Origin: a virus
IMG/VR virus record: IMGVR_UViG_3300048091_000425
DNA: 64,000 nucleotides
Reading direction: 5' to 3' (one strand)
Positions 19,828-28,467 of this stretch are shown here, one piece after another (the stretch's first letter is position 1; each line of letters begins with the position of its first letter). The notes under the pieces are model-generated. The model was not told the origin of the DNA. It did not search any database and was given only the letters and a program-made list of their open reading frames with translations. Position numbers and translations under genes: made by a program.

Positions 19828-20046
19828 TCAGTTGGAGGGCTGCGTGATTCGGGACAGGCTCAATTCAGCGCTACGCTGACGGCCACGGGCCTTTTCCAGC
19901 TGGGCGGTGAGCCGCTTGTGGGGCAAGGTGCCTGGAATGAATTTCACGACGGCCTGTTCGAGCCGAGAAACTTCCCGTGCCGCTTCGTCTGCCATGGCTT
20001 TGATGGCGTTGCGCTTAGATGGCTTCATTCCTGAGATTCCATTCAT
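19828..20046 (-). CDS. hypothetical protein
   Basis: 72 aa, first gene after a CTAG-box promoter. Confidence 0.5.
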   Translation of the reverse strand: MNGISGMKPSKRNAIKAMADEAAREVSRLEQAVVKFIPGTLPHKRLTAQLEKARGRQRSAELSLSRITQPSN

Positions 20047-20078
20047 TATATGGATTAAAACAGATCTGTCTGACGCAC

Positions 20079-20107
20079 AATGTATGCCTCTAGGGATTAA
20101 CTGGCAA
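20079..20107 (-). promoter_or_regulatory. CTAG-box sigma70 promoter, copy 4
   Basis: TTGCCA-gttaatccctagaggca-TACATT. Confidence 0.7.
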
Positions 20108-20171
20108 CCATTTATTTGGAATTGTTCGCCGTCGCGTCGAGGTTTTGCCAGGCCTTGGCCACAAAAACAAA

Positions 20172-20197
20172 AAAACCGCCCTGAGAGAGGCGGTTTT
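20172..20197. terminator. Rho-independent terminator, probably bidirectional
   Basis: AAAACCGCC-CTGAGAGA-GGCGGTTTT flanked by A and T tracts. Confidence 0.75.
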
Positions 20198-20312
20198 CGT
20201 TTGCTGAATTCGGCTTGCGGGCCTCATCCTGCGACATCCACGGGATGCAGTCACGTCAATTGATCATATTTGACCAGCAACAACGCGTCAATAATGGTCG
20301 GTCAGTCCAGAG

Positions 20313-20397
20313 CTATTCGATGGGAAACGGGATCTTATGGAACGTTTCGCATGGTTGGCCGGCATCACGGCACACGTGACAGCAGAACCAGTCCTCA
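20313..20397 (-). pseudogene. truncated duplicate of the 3' third of 20806-21060
   Basis: Reads EDWFCCHVCRDAGQPCETFHKIPFPIE* versus EDWFCCHVCRDAAKPCETFHKIPFPVE*; no in-frame start. Confidence 0.8.
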
Positions 20398-20796
20398 TTA
20401 GCCTTCGAACGAAACTTTTCCCGGAAAATTTATTGAGAATTGAACGCCTGACTTGATCGCCAACTCACGAAACGTCTGTTCGGCCTGCGCAAGAAACGGT
20501 GGTACCTCCAAGAGTTCAAGCACCACCTGCGGCTTCATGCCCAAGAACGCAAAGAGCCGCGTGAAGGCATCGGCCACGTCTTCACGCACGGAAGGGTCTG
20601 TGTTCAGCGATTCATCCAGGCAGGCTTTGCAGGCTGCGTGGATCGGCTCAAGACTGGCCTTCTTCTCGTCATCACCAGCGGCGATCCGGTCGGCATCGCA
20701 ACTCAGGAATATCCGAAGCATGTCCAAGACTGATTCATGTCGATAGCTCATGCGAAGCAGCTCATAAGCATCGGAGTTTGAATACACCTTCATCAT
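20398..20796 (-). CDS. hypothetical protein
   Basis: 132-aa ORF between the two CCHVC copies. Confidence 0.6.
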   Translation of the reverse strand: MMKVYSNSDAYELLRMSYRHESVLDMLRIFLSCDADRIAAGDDEKKASLEPIHAACKACLDESLNTDPSVREDVADAFTRLFAFLGMKPQVVLELLEVPPFLAQAEQTFRELAIKSGVQFSINFPGKVSFEG

Positions 20797-20805
20797 TTTG
20801 CGCGA

Positions 20806-21060
20806 CTACTCAACAGGAAAAGGGATTTTGTGGAAAGTCTCACACGGTTTTGCTGCGTCACGGCACACATGGCAGCAGAACCAGTCCTCCCAGCCTTCAA
20901 ATGATTCTTCGTCGCCGGTGTGCACGCATTCCCAGTTACCTTTGGTGTCATCCGCGCCGCAATACATGCAGGCCACTTCATGAACCGGGGCGGCAGTCTG
21001 AAGGACGCCATTGTTGGCGCCCTCCTCGGTCAATTTGATGTCTTCATTCGGGTCGGCCAT
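20806..21060 (-). CDS. Cys-rich zinc-binding hypothetical protein
   Basis: CMYC...CCHVC...C. Confidence 0.65.
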   Translation of the reverse strand: MADPNEDIKLTEEGANNGVLQTAAPVHEVACMYCGADDTKGNWECVHTGDEESFEGWEDWFCCHVCRDAAKPCETFHKIPFPVE

Positions 21061-21106
21061 GGAAAGGACTCACAATGCTCTTTCATGTCATTTTAGTAGC
21101 ATTGTT

Positions 21107-21652
21107 TTACTTTGCAAGCTCAGCGAGTCTGTTCATTTCATCGGCGATGAACAAGCCGGCGCAGTGCTTTTTGATTTCCGGCCACTCATGCTCAATATCG
21201 AAACCCGTCTTCGCCCACTCCCCAGGATGGAGAAGCGGCCCAATCTGATCGTCGATGACGAGCATCTGAGCGATCAGGATTTGCCCAGGGTGATCAATCC
21301 GGAAGAACTCGACCATCGTTCCCTCCACGCCTCCCCCGAACTCTTCTTTCAGAAGCACACTGGGGAAGTGGCTTGCATCGATTGAGCGGCCTTTGACCAC
21401 GCCAACAGACAGCGTCGTGCCAAGCCCAAAGCCCTTGACCGCCGCCAGCAACTGCGTACTGCCGGCCAGATCATTGGCCTGGCGAACAGATTGCTCGCAA
21501 TCATGCATACCGCAGAAAATGAAAGGTTTTCCATCGAGCAAAACGCAGATCCCTTTCGACGAACAGATCGCCTCGGTCATCCGCCAACGGCCTACCATAA
21601 GGTCGCAGCGGTCGTAACACTGCACTAGTCGATCATTGAAGTTTTCGGACAT
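21107..21652 (-). CDS. hypothetical protein
   Basis: 181-aa ORF. Confidence 0.6.
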   Translation of the reverse strand: MSENFNDRLVQCYDRCDLMVGRWRMTEAICSSKGICVLLDGKPFIFCGMHDCEQSVRQANDLAGSTQLLAAVKGFGLGTTLSVGVVKGRSIDASHFPSVLLKEEFGGGVEGTMVEFFRIDHPGQILIAQMLVIDDQIGPLLHPGEWAKTGFDIEHEWPEIKKHCAGLFIADEMNRLAELAK

Positions 21653-21661
21653 GACAGCCCC

Positions 21662-21919
21662 TTAATCGGCAATGACGGTGGCCGATACGACCTTGTGTTC
21701 CGGGAACATGATCGCCCGGATATCACTCTCTTTAGCGTCCAGCGTCACCACCGCCAGGCGCTCGAACTCTTTCGTCGCCTCGTATTTAGCCTTTTGCTCA
21801 GGAATGTAGTCCGGGTTACCGTCCATGTCCGCCTCAGAAGCGCAGGCTAAAGCTTCGAGTGCGTATTCGCCGGGATAGTTGATGCAGATGCGTTGGCCGA
21901 ACAGAACGTAAAGATTCAT
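21662..21919 (-). CDS. hypothetical protein
   Basis: 85-aa ORF with GGAGG RBS. Confidence 0.6.
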   Translation of the reverse strand: MNLYVLFGQRICINYPGEYALEALACASEADMDGNPDYIPEQKAKYEATKEFERLAVVTLDAKESDIRAIMFPEHKVVSATVIAD

Positions 21920-21970
21920 GAAACCTCCAGAAAGCCCAGGAAGCCTGGGCGAAAAATGAAATCGACCAGC

Positions 21971-22804
21971 CTACAGAAGCGACAGCGCCCCTGCCGTGTA
22001 CAGATCCGATTCCTTACCAGTTATGGTCGCCATGCGCTCGGGGAACTCAGGGCCGATTACCAGCAACTTGCTGGTGCCAGAATCGAAGCCAACGTAATGC
22101 ACGTTGGAAGTGTCGAGGGTCTCTTTCAACACCTCGAGGTCAGCGTCTGTCTTGATGCCCATGCCGATCTTACCGAAACCTGCCGTCAACCAACCGCGCA
22201 GTGCGGGATCGGACAGGCACAGCTTCATGGAGCCGTCACTGGAGCCCTCCAGCGGCGTCAGGAGGCTCGCCATCATCGTCAGGCAACCCAGTGCTGCCAT
22301 TTTGGCCGCAACCTCCTTGGGCAGCGGCTGCTGCTTGGAGAAAACGAACCACTGGCGAGCGATCAGGTCGGCGCCGGCGAGCGGAACAGCCTTTTGAGCA
22401 GATGGCGTGAATACGCCCTGGGCAGCAGTGGTCACCGTCGGCACACCACCAAACTCGGTAAGCCCGCGATCCGTGATGACCGTCGACAGCTCTGGATTCT
22501 CAAGCGAGCCCCGGAGTTCAGCCTCGTCAGCCACCATTTCGACCACAACCGCGTCATGTTCGATCAGCTGCAACAGCCTCTGGTAGTTCAGCGCCGAGAG
22601 AACCCGGTACTCGCCGAAGTCATCCATAGAGTTGAGCAGCTGAGCGCAGGCCGCGTGAGCCACTTGGGCCGCCAGCTTCCCCTTGCGCATGTTGAGATCG
22701 CGACGGGCGAAGATCTCCATGAGCCACATCGGCACGTCAGATTGACCCTCTGCAGGTTCAAGAATGCTGATGGATGGTGAACCATTTGGATTACATTCAG
22801 CCAT
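21971..22804 (-). CDS. pth2: peptidyl-tRNA hydrolase, Pth2 (archaeal/eukaryotic type), with a second degenerate Pth2 domain
   Basis: RRDLNMRKGKLAAQVAHA and VITDRGLTEF motifs; second half has W...GFGKI and VIGP...ITG..LSLL. Confidence 0.85.
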   Translation of the reverse strand: MAECNPNGSPSISILEPAEGQSDVPMWLMEIFARRDLNMRKGKLAAQVAHAACAQLLNSMDDFGEYRVLSALNYQRLLQLIEHDAVVVEMVADEAELRGSLENPELSTVITDRGLTEFGGVPTVTTAAQGVFTPSAQKAVPLAGADLIARQWFVFSKQQPLPKEVAAKMAALGCLTMMASLLTPLEGSSDGSMKLCLSDPALRGWLTAGFGKIGMGIKTDADLEVLKETLDTSNVHYVGFDSGTSKLLVIGPEFPERMATITGKESDLYTAGALSLL

Positions 22805-22868
22805 TTTTTAAACCTTCTTCAGCTTTACCGCAATTCACAGCGCCGCGCTGGCCGCCTTATAGATTTGT

Positions 22869-22897
22869 AGCGTATTACGCTAGGGGTTTACTTGCAA
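22869..22897 (-). promoter_or_regulatory. CTAG-box sigma70 promoter, copy 5
   Basis: TTGCAA-gtaaacccctagcgtaa-TACGCT. Confidence 0.75.
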
Positions 22898-22947
22898 GCA
22901 CCCCGATGCTAATTTGAACTGGTCAGCATCCACGAAAAAGGAAAACC

Positions 22948-23181
22948 ATGAAACAGCTCAACGCAGAACGCATTGCCAAGGTGATGCAGGAAATGGCCGA
23001 AGATTTGCGCAGCCGGGCCGCGCTGATCGAGCAGCAAGCGAAGGAGTTGATCGAGACCGGCGACTTGGATACAGCAGTTGTGGCGCTCAGTGCAGCGGTC
23101 GGCACCCAGAACCTCAATGTCGGTAAGCTACTGAATACCACGATCCGTGAGCTTAACCGCGTCAACGATTCGTCGGAATGA
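22948..23181 (+). CDS. helical hypothetical protein
   Basis: 77 aa, AAGGA RBS. Confidence 0.6.
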   Translation: MKQLNAERIAKVMQEMAEDLRSRAALIEQQAKELIETGDLDTAVVALSAAVGTQNLNVGKLLNTTIRELNRVNDSSE

Positions 23182-23246
23182 ACAAGCATGCCGTCAGCTC
23201 GAATTAAGCAGCTGAACTGCAGGACGTGTGCCCTAACCGTTGGTTT

Positions 23247-23666
23247 CTAGCGAAGTCCGATCTCGGCCTGCTCAGGCGTCTTCCTGTCGGTTAACCAACG
23301 AGGACATGTCACGCCAGCCCAGTTGTAGACTTCCTTAAGTCCAATCGGGCCCACACCGATGTTCTCAATGAAATCAGGCGTCAGTGTCGCCAGTGACTTG
23401 GCAACCTCATCCCTATCCATACTTCCGAGACAATTCAGTACGGTTGTTGGGCCATCTGGTAAGCCTGCACAGCGGAATTCCGCTATTGACTGGATTTCCC
23501 AATGGCGGATTGCTCGCTCGGCCTTAACAATCATTGCTCTGATGGCCGAGACACCGACACCCTCTTCCTTTGCGATCTTGGTGTACGATCCTACCTCCCG
23601 GTAGCGGAAGGCAACTTTGAACCGGCGATAGCTAGCAGCGGTGAAGATCTGTTCTGGATAACGCAT
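23247..23666 (-). CDS. putative DNA-binding protein: HTH plus RNA polymerase alpha-CTD-like domain
   Basis: SYTKIAKEEGVGVSAIRAMI (HTH-like); GLP...VLNCL...NIGVGPIGLKEV resembles alpha-CTD (inference). Confidence 0.5.
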   Translation of the reverse strand: MRYPEQIFTAASYRRFKVAFRYREVGSYTKIAKEEGVGVSAIRAMIVKAERAIRHWEIQSIAEFRCAGLPDGPTTVLNCLGSMDRDEVAKSLATLTPDFIENIGVGPIGLKEVYNWAGVTCPRWLTDRKTPEQAEIGLR

Positions 23667-23792
23667 ACGTCACCTCATATCTTGTTGATGAGGTCAGTGT
23701 ATCGAGCATCCAAAACCGTTCCGATGGTGACTTTTTGGATATATTTCTGAAAAATCCCCCTTTCTGTCGGCGGGGTTTTATGCAGGCGCTGT

Positions 23793-23981
23793 CTACTTCC
23801 GCTTGCTGCGATTCCTGGCCTTCTCACCCTTGCTGCGAATAGCCGGCGAAAACGGATCGCCCTTACGTTTTTCATTTTCGCGATAGAACGACGTCCGAAG
23901 GTCGGCGATCTTTCCCAGCGACGTCACAACGCGGCTGTGTTCGTTGTTTTGGTAATACGACATTCCCGAGCCTTCGGTCAT
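23793..23981 (-). CDS. small basic protein, paralog of 25339-25521; separated from its RBS by the IS
   Basis: R.SF.RENE.RK.DPF.PA.RSKGEKARNR.KR shared. Confidence 0.6.
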   Translation of the reverse strand: MTEGSGMSYYQNNEHSRVVTSLGKIADLRTSFYRENEKRKGDPFSPAIRSKGEKARNRSKRK

Positions 23982-25272
23982 CCAGTCCTAGCCTTGGAAA
24001 CCCCTTCCTTCAGGTGGGGGAGGAAAAGGCTTCAATGAAGTTGAAATTAGTTGTACATATATACAGCATTATGCAATAGTCAATTTATGACAAAACGCGC
24101 CTACAAATATAGGTTTTACCCTACTCAAGAGCAGGTTTTGCTCCTGGAGAAAACCTTTGGCTGCGTTCGATTCGTATACAATCATGTCCTGAATTTCAGG
24201 TCAAAACAATACTCAGAAAATGCCGTTCGAATTGGCTTCACACAGGCCAATGCTGAGCTCACTCGCCTGAAAAAAGACCCTGAAAAATCCTGGCTCTCAG
24301 AGGTCTCATGCGTGCCGCTTCAGCAGGTGCTACGGCACCAGCAGACCGCTTTCACAAATTTCTTCGAAAAACGCGCTGGATACCCATCCTTCAAGAAAAA
24401 GCACCATCGGCAGTCGGCTGAGTTCACGCGCAGCGCGTTCAAGTATGTCGGCGGCCAACTGTTCATGGCCAAGAGCAAAATCCCCCTGAATATCCGCTGG
24501 AGCCGCGAGCTGCCCAGCGATCCGTCGACCGTCACGATTTCCAAGGATTGGGCCGGGCGCTACTTCGTGTCCATGCTTTGCGAATTCACACCAGAAGCGC
24601 TACCTGTGACACCGGAAATGGTTGGAATCGACCTTGGCTTGACCCACCTATTTATCCGTGACGACGGCAAGAAAGAAGAAAATCCAAAACACACGGCCCG
24701 CTACGCGGCCCGATTGGCGCTGCTCCAGCGCCGGCTGTCAAAGAAAAAGCTGGGCTCTGCGAATCGCCAGAAGGCGAAGCGCAAGGTGGCCAAGTTGCAC
24801 GCGAAGATTGCCGATACTCGCCAGGACAACCTTCACCAGGTGTCACGCAGATTGATCAACGAAAACCAAGTGATCTGTGTCGAGTCTCTTAAAATCAAAA
24901 ATATGGTAAAAAACCGTCGATTATCCAAGGCTATAAGTGATGCCGGTTGGGGAGAATTTATCCGCCAGCTGGACTACAAAGGCACTTGGGCTGGTCGTCA
25001 GCTGGTCAAAATTGACCAATGGGCGCCCAGTAGCAAGAAATGCTCTTGCTGCGGTCACGTGATGGAAAAGATGCCGCTGAATGTTCGATTCTGGACGTGC
25101 CCTGCCTGCCAGGAAAAGCACGACCGCGATGTGAACGCAGCGCGAAATATTAGAGCCGTGGGACTCACGGTGCTAGCCTGTGGAGAGGCCAGAAGTCCAA
25201 ACGCTCTAGCAGCGTAAGGCAGGCCTCTGCGAAGCAGGAATCCCCTTCTCTTCAGGGAGGGGAGGATGTCAA
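23982..25272 (+). mobile_element. IS200/IS605-family element carrying tnpB only (IS1341-like)
   Basis: Left-end hairpin CCCCTTCCTTCAGGTGGGGG (about 24001); right-end hairpin CCCCTTCTCTTCAGGGAGGGG followed by AGGATGTCAA ending at 25272; removing the element restores an RBS-ATG junction. Confidence 0.8.
24087..25217 (+). CDS. tnpB: RNA-guided endonuclease TnpB
   Basis: AYKYRFYPT HTH, GIDLG (RuvC I), CVESL (RuvC II), CSCC...CPAC zinc finger, HDRDVNAARNI (RuvC III). Confidence 0.95.
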   Translation: MTKRAYKYRFYPTQEQVLLLEKTFGCVRFVYNHVLNFRSKQYSENAVRIGFTQANAELTRLKKDPEKSWLSEVSCVPLQQVLRHQQTAFTNFFEKRAGYPSFKKKHHRQSAEFTRSAFKYVGGQLFMAKSKIPLNIRWSRELPSDPSTVTISKDWAGRYFVSMLCEFTPEALPVTPEMVGIDLGLTHLFIRDDGKKEENPKHTARYAARLALLQRRLSKKKLGSANRQKAKRKVAKLHAKIADTRQDNLHQVSRRLINENQVICVESLKIKNMVKNRRLSKAISDAGWGEFIRQLDYKGTWAGRQLVKIDQWAPSSKKCSCCGHVMEKMPLNVRFWTCPACQEKHDRDVNAARNIRAVGLTVLACGEARSPNALAA

Positions 25273-25290
25273 GATAACGCTCCGTAGCTG
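25130..25290 (+). ncRNA. predicted omegaRNA/reRNA of TnpB, guide starting GAUAACGCUCCGUAGC
   Basis: By established TnpB biology the scaffold spans the tnpB 3' end and right end, and the guide is the flank after TCAA; 5' boundary is a guess. Confidence 0.5.
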
Positions 25291-25338
25291 CACGCTGATA
25301 GACGATCACCATATATTGGCATCGCCTGCTGAAGGGTA

Positions 25339-25521
25339 CTAGTTCCGCTTGTGGCGATTGCGGGCTTTCTCGCCTTTGCTGCGAAAGGCCGGAGTGAACG
25401 GATCAAGCTTGCGCTGTTCATTCTCCCGATGAAAAGCTGCACGAAGACCGACTGACGGAAATCCAATTTCATTGAGTCGGTTGATCGTAAGGTGAAACGA
25501 TTTCCCAAAACCTACTTCCAT
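25339..25521 (-). CDS. small basic protein, paralog of 23793-23981
   Basis: Shared C-terminal half. Confidence 0.6.
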   Translation of the reverse strand: MEVGFGKSFHLTINRLNEIGFPSVGLRAAFHRENEQRKLDPFTPAFRSKGEKARNRHKRN

Positions 25522-25525
25522 GTTC

Positions 25526-25702
25526 CTATCGCTCGCGAGTCATGAAATCGGTGAAGAACTCGAGCCACAAGCCTGCGTTGTCATCCCCCAGTTCCAGCGG
25601 GAAAATCTCGGGGTTGGCGGCGTGCGAAGCGCGATACTCAGCAGCAAAGGCTTCGATATCGACCTTCACCTCCTCGACGAATTGTTCCAGAGTCTGTGCC
25701 AT
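25526..25702 (-). CDS. acidic hypothetical protein
   Basis: MAQTLEQF... with AGGAG RBS. Confidence 0.6.
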   Translation of the reverse strand: MAQTLEQFVEEVKVDIEAFAAEYRASHAANPEIFPLELGDDNAGLWLEFFTDFMTRER

Positions 25703-25795
25703 GGGTTCTCCTGGGATTTCCTGGGGCGGAAATGCCCCTTCTCTACGCACACGGCCCCGCGTGTGCGGGGCTTGTGAGTTTAGCGTTGGGCTCAA

Positions 25796-26107
25796 TCAGA
25801 GGCCCAGATCCGAGGCTGGGATACCAATCGTTTCTGCCCATTTTCGACCATAGCCTTCAACTTCAGCACCTTCGGCATCGTCCAGAATTTCGATGGCCTC
25901 CACCGGGTAATTGAGGGTTCCTTCATGGCCCTGTCGCGACACATACTTGATCGACTGGCCAACGGCGGTGATCGGCGTGACCACCTTCGACCCGATGAAG
26001 ACTCGGGCACCGAACGGCTGTACGTCAATCACCACGCCATCGCGCACGTACCATTCAGTGAAGTCCTGGCCACGGTCGACCAGAGTGAGTTTCTGTACTT
26101 GTGCCAT
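25796..26107 (-). CDS. hypothetical protein
   Basis: 103-aa ORF. Confidence 0.6.
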   Translation of the reverse strand: MAQVQKLTLVDRGQDFTEWYVRDGVVIDVQPFGARVFIGSKVVTPITAVGQSIKYVSRQGHEGTLNYPVEAIEILDDAEGAEVEGYGRKWAETIGIPASDLGL

Positions 26108-26174
26108 GCTGATTTCCCTTCTATTGCTTTGACAGGTTAGTCATTTCTAACTTGCTCAGTTCCCGCCCCTCGGT

Positions 26175-26621
26175 TCAACGAACCTGGGGGAGTTCCTTGC
26201 GCATGAACCGCTGACCCACGCCATCTGTAGGCTTTGGTATATTGGCTCGAATGACCATTTCTTCATGCGCAGCCCACTTCAGCACTGCACTAAAACCGAG
26301 TTCGCCACATTCTTTCGTCTGTTCCTGCAACTTTGCATAGGCCAAAAAGTCGACCGGCTCGTAATCGGTCAATCTGTTATCCATTGCTTCGCCCCACGAC
26401 TTCGGCAATTTGCACATTTTGAATGCCAGAAAGAAAGCGAGCGTACAGATGATCAAAGACCAAACCAATGATTGGAGTGGTACAGACACGATCCCGGAAA
26501 CAATCATCGCTGCGAGTACGACTTGGGTATGCTGGGAAAATTCACCTTCCCGCACATTCACAGCAGCAGCCTGAATAGAGCCCAGCAGGTTGAGTTTTTC
26601 TTCGATGAATTTCTTGTCCAA
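26175..26621 (-). CDS. 2-TM membrane protein, homolog of 8314-8853
   Basis: PKSWGEAMDNRLTDYEPVD...W motif shared. Confidence 0.65.
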   Translation of the reverse strand: MDKKFIEEKLNLLGSIQAAAVNVREGEFSQHTQVVLAAMIVSGIVSVPLQSLVWSLIICTLAFFLAFKMCKLPKSWGEAMDNRLTDYEPVDFLAYAKLQEQTKECGELGFSAVLKWAAHEEMVIRANIPKPTDGVGQRFMRKELPQVR

Positions 26622-26675
26622 GTGATGCTCCAGGTCTGGTCTATGGGGCTGAATCGGCGCCTCCCCTACTGACTT

Positions 26676-26699
26676 AGCCCCGCTTTTGAGGGCGGGGCT
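26676..26699. terminator. GC hairpin, putative terminator
   Basis: AGCCCCGC-TTTTGAGG-GCGGGGCT. Confidence 0.55.
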
Positions 26700-26723
26700 T
26701 CGATCTGAAGCGAAACAAATAGT

Positions 26724-27083
26724 CTATTGATCAGGTTCATGATCAGGTTTTTCAGCACATGCCTCGATTTCAGCGTTCTTGCGCTTGGCAAGAAGCATGT
26801 CCCTGACGATGAACGCGGTGATCAGCAGGGAGATTAGGCTACCCACCATGAGCATGGTCAACGGCACCCTCCAGTCATACCACAGCCAGCCTGACTCCCA
26901 TATCAGACTATCCATTCCAAATAGTAGTTGGAAGACGCTACCCGCCATTAGGATCGAGACCACCACCGTTAGAAATCGGTACCCGGCCAGCCAGAAACCC
27001 AGGCACATCATGCTCAAGCCAACGCAGACTATTACCCAATCGCAGGTGGAGCCGTATTCCGACAGTGTTAGCGAAGTTTCCAC
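26724..27083 (-). CDS. 3-TM membrane protein
   Basis: Three hydrophobic segments. Confidence 0.65.
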   Translation of the reverse strand: METSLTLSEYGSTCDWVIVCVGLSMMCLGFWLAGYRFLTVVVSILMAGSVFQLLFGMDSLIWESGWLWYDWRVPLTMLMVGSLISLLITAFIVRDMLLAKRKNAEIEACAEKPDHEPDQ

Positions 27084-27178
27084 ATCACCACCTCTTGGGA
27101 CGAGCGTTAATTGACGTTAAATCTATCGAAATTGGGCAAATTATGCATTCAGCATAAACTCCCTAATTTCCCTACATT

Positions 27179-27388
27179 TCAGGCCATCAGTTTTTGAAGA
27201 CCGTCAGCGTAGCCTTCCCAAGTATCTACGCAGCCGTTCGTGACGACCGAGACAAGCCTAGTTTCGGTGTCTAGCCAATACACCTTCCCCCTGGCTCCGT
27301 GGGCGTTGTGGCCGTGATCCTGGATCACCACTGTGTCCTCCAGCGCCAAATCATCGAACGTCACGCTGGCAAATTGTTCATTGGCCAT
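27179..27388 (-). CDS. small beta-barrel-like hypothetical protein
   Basis: 69 aa, overlaps the upstream ORF. Confidence 0.5.
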   Translation of the reverse strand: MANEQFASVTFDDLALEDTVVIQDHGHNAHGARGKVYWLDTETRLVSVVTNGCVDTWEGYADGLQKLMA

Positions 27389-27782
27389 CGGACAGCCTCG
27401 CTATCTTGAGCAAGCACCTATCACACGTCACAGCTTCTGACTCGGTGCAGCTCCAGTCAGAGGAGCCTTGTGGGTGGGCGCCGCAAAACGCGTCCCAGGC
27501 GCCAGGCTTGACCGCGTGAACCACGCTGCCGTGATCCCGCTCATTTCCGTTCGCTCGCCGGCCAGTCTTCTGCAGGGCCAGATAGCGTTTGGACTGCGCC
27601 ACTGGCGTAGCCTCAGGTGGGAGCTCAGCGGTGGATTCAGGCTGGCGCTCGACGAGCTGGCCGGAGTCCTTCACCGATTTCATCAGTAGATCAAACGTAG
27701 TCATTGAGGATCTCCTCCAGCCTGAGAGCTCAGCCCTGTTCCAGGGAATCAGCCGATTCGCTTCTTTCTGAGCTTCTTGCAC
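27378..27782 (-). CDS. hypothetical protein with Cys/His cluster (start uncertain)
   Basis: H...FCG...C..VTCDRC. Confidence 0.5.
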   Translation of the reverse strand: MQEAQKEANRLIPWNRAELSGWRRSSMTTFDLLMKSVKDSGQLVERQPESTAELPPEATPVAQSKRYLALQKTGRRANGNERDHGSVVHAVKPGAWDAFCGAHPQGSSDWSCTESEAVTCDRCLLKIARLSDGQ

Positions 27783-28237
27783 TTCTTTCTGAGCTGCTTC
27801 ATGCGCTCTGGATTTGCCCTCATTGTTTTAGCCATTGCATCGAAGAATTTATCCAAGGTATCAGCAAACTGATGGGCGCCAGCCTCGGTGCTGAACCTGG
27901 AACTGATGGCCACCCCATGGGAGAACCCAGCCTTTTCCAACTCCATGAATTTTGGGGTCAGGCGGACGTAAAAATCGCTGTCGAAGTAGACCATCGTCCA
28001 GAGGCTATCGCGGCGAAATGGATCACGACGCACGGTGCCTGGGATTTTGGTGATGTCGCCCTCAAGACCATGTTCCTTCATGTAATGGTCTTGAGGGATG
28101 AAAACCATCACGTCCACAGGCTTGGCACGCTCACGGGCTGCGACCAGCTTCCCACAGCACGGGGCAGTAAACGCCGGAACTGAGTAGCCTTTAAGCTTTT
28201 CGTTGCAGTACGGGCAACTCAAAAGATCTGGGGTCAT
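27749..28237 (-). CDS. hypothetical protein with N-terminal zinc ribbon
   Basis: CPYC...PCC. Confidence 0.6.
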   Translation of the reverse strand: MTPDLLSCPYCNEKLKGYSVPAFTAPCCGKLVAARERAKPVDVMVFIPQDHYMKEHGLEGDITKIPGTVRRDPFRRDSLWTMVYFDSDFYVRLTPKFMELEKAGFSHGVAISSRFSTEAGAHQFADTLDKFFDAMAKTMRANPERMKQLRKKCKKLRKKRIG

Positions 28238-28250
28238 TATGAATACCGGC

Positions 28251-28424
28251 TCAATCTGAAGGTTTAAGGATTTTGAGGAACGCCATCATGAACAAAGTCG
28301 AGAGTACGGCGGCAACGCCAGACCTGGACAAGTATCCTTCCGGGACAGGCGGGAGCGTGATAACTGCCAATATGGCAGAAATCATTGCGCTGAAAAGAAG
28401 GGAAGTGACAAGTTTAAGTATCAT
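28251..28424 (-). CDS. small 2-TM protein (57 aa, not in the ORF track)
   Basis: MILKLVTSLLFSAMISAILAVITLPPVPEGYLSRSGVAAVLSTLFMMAFLKILKPSD, directly downstream of promoter copy 6. Confidence 0.6.
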   Translation of the reverse strand: MILKLVTSLLFSAMISAILAVITLPPVPEGYLSRSGVAAVLSTLFMMAFLKILKPSD

Positions 28425-28467
28425 TCAGAAATCTCGACATTCGATGGCAGAAGGAATCAATGGAGTG

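Noticed and set aside
25282-25289. 8-nt match between the start of CRISPR spacer 4 (AGCTACGG) and the minus strand of the TnpB guide region
   Set aside because: The match stops after 8 nt and lacks a CC PAM; about two such hits are expected by chance in 128 kb of both strands. I saw no longer spacer self-match by eye, but did not run an exhaustive search.
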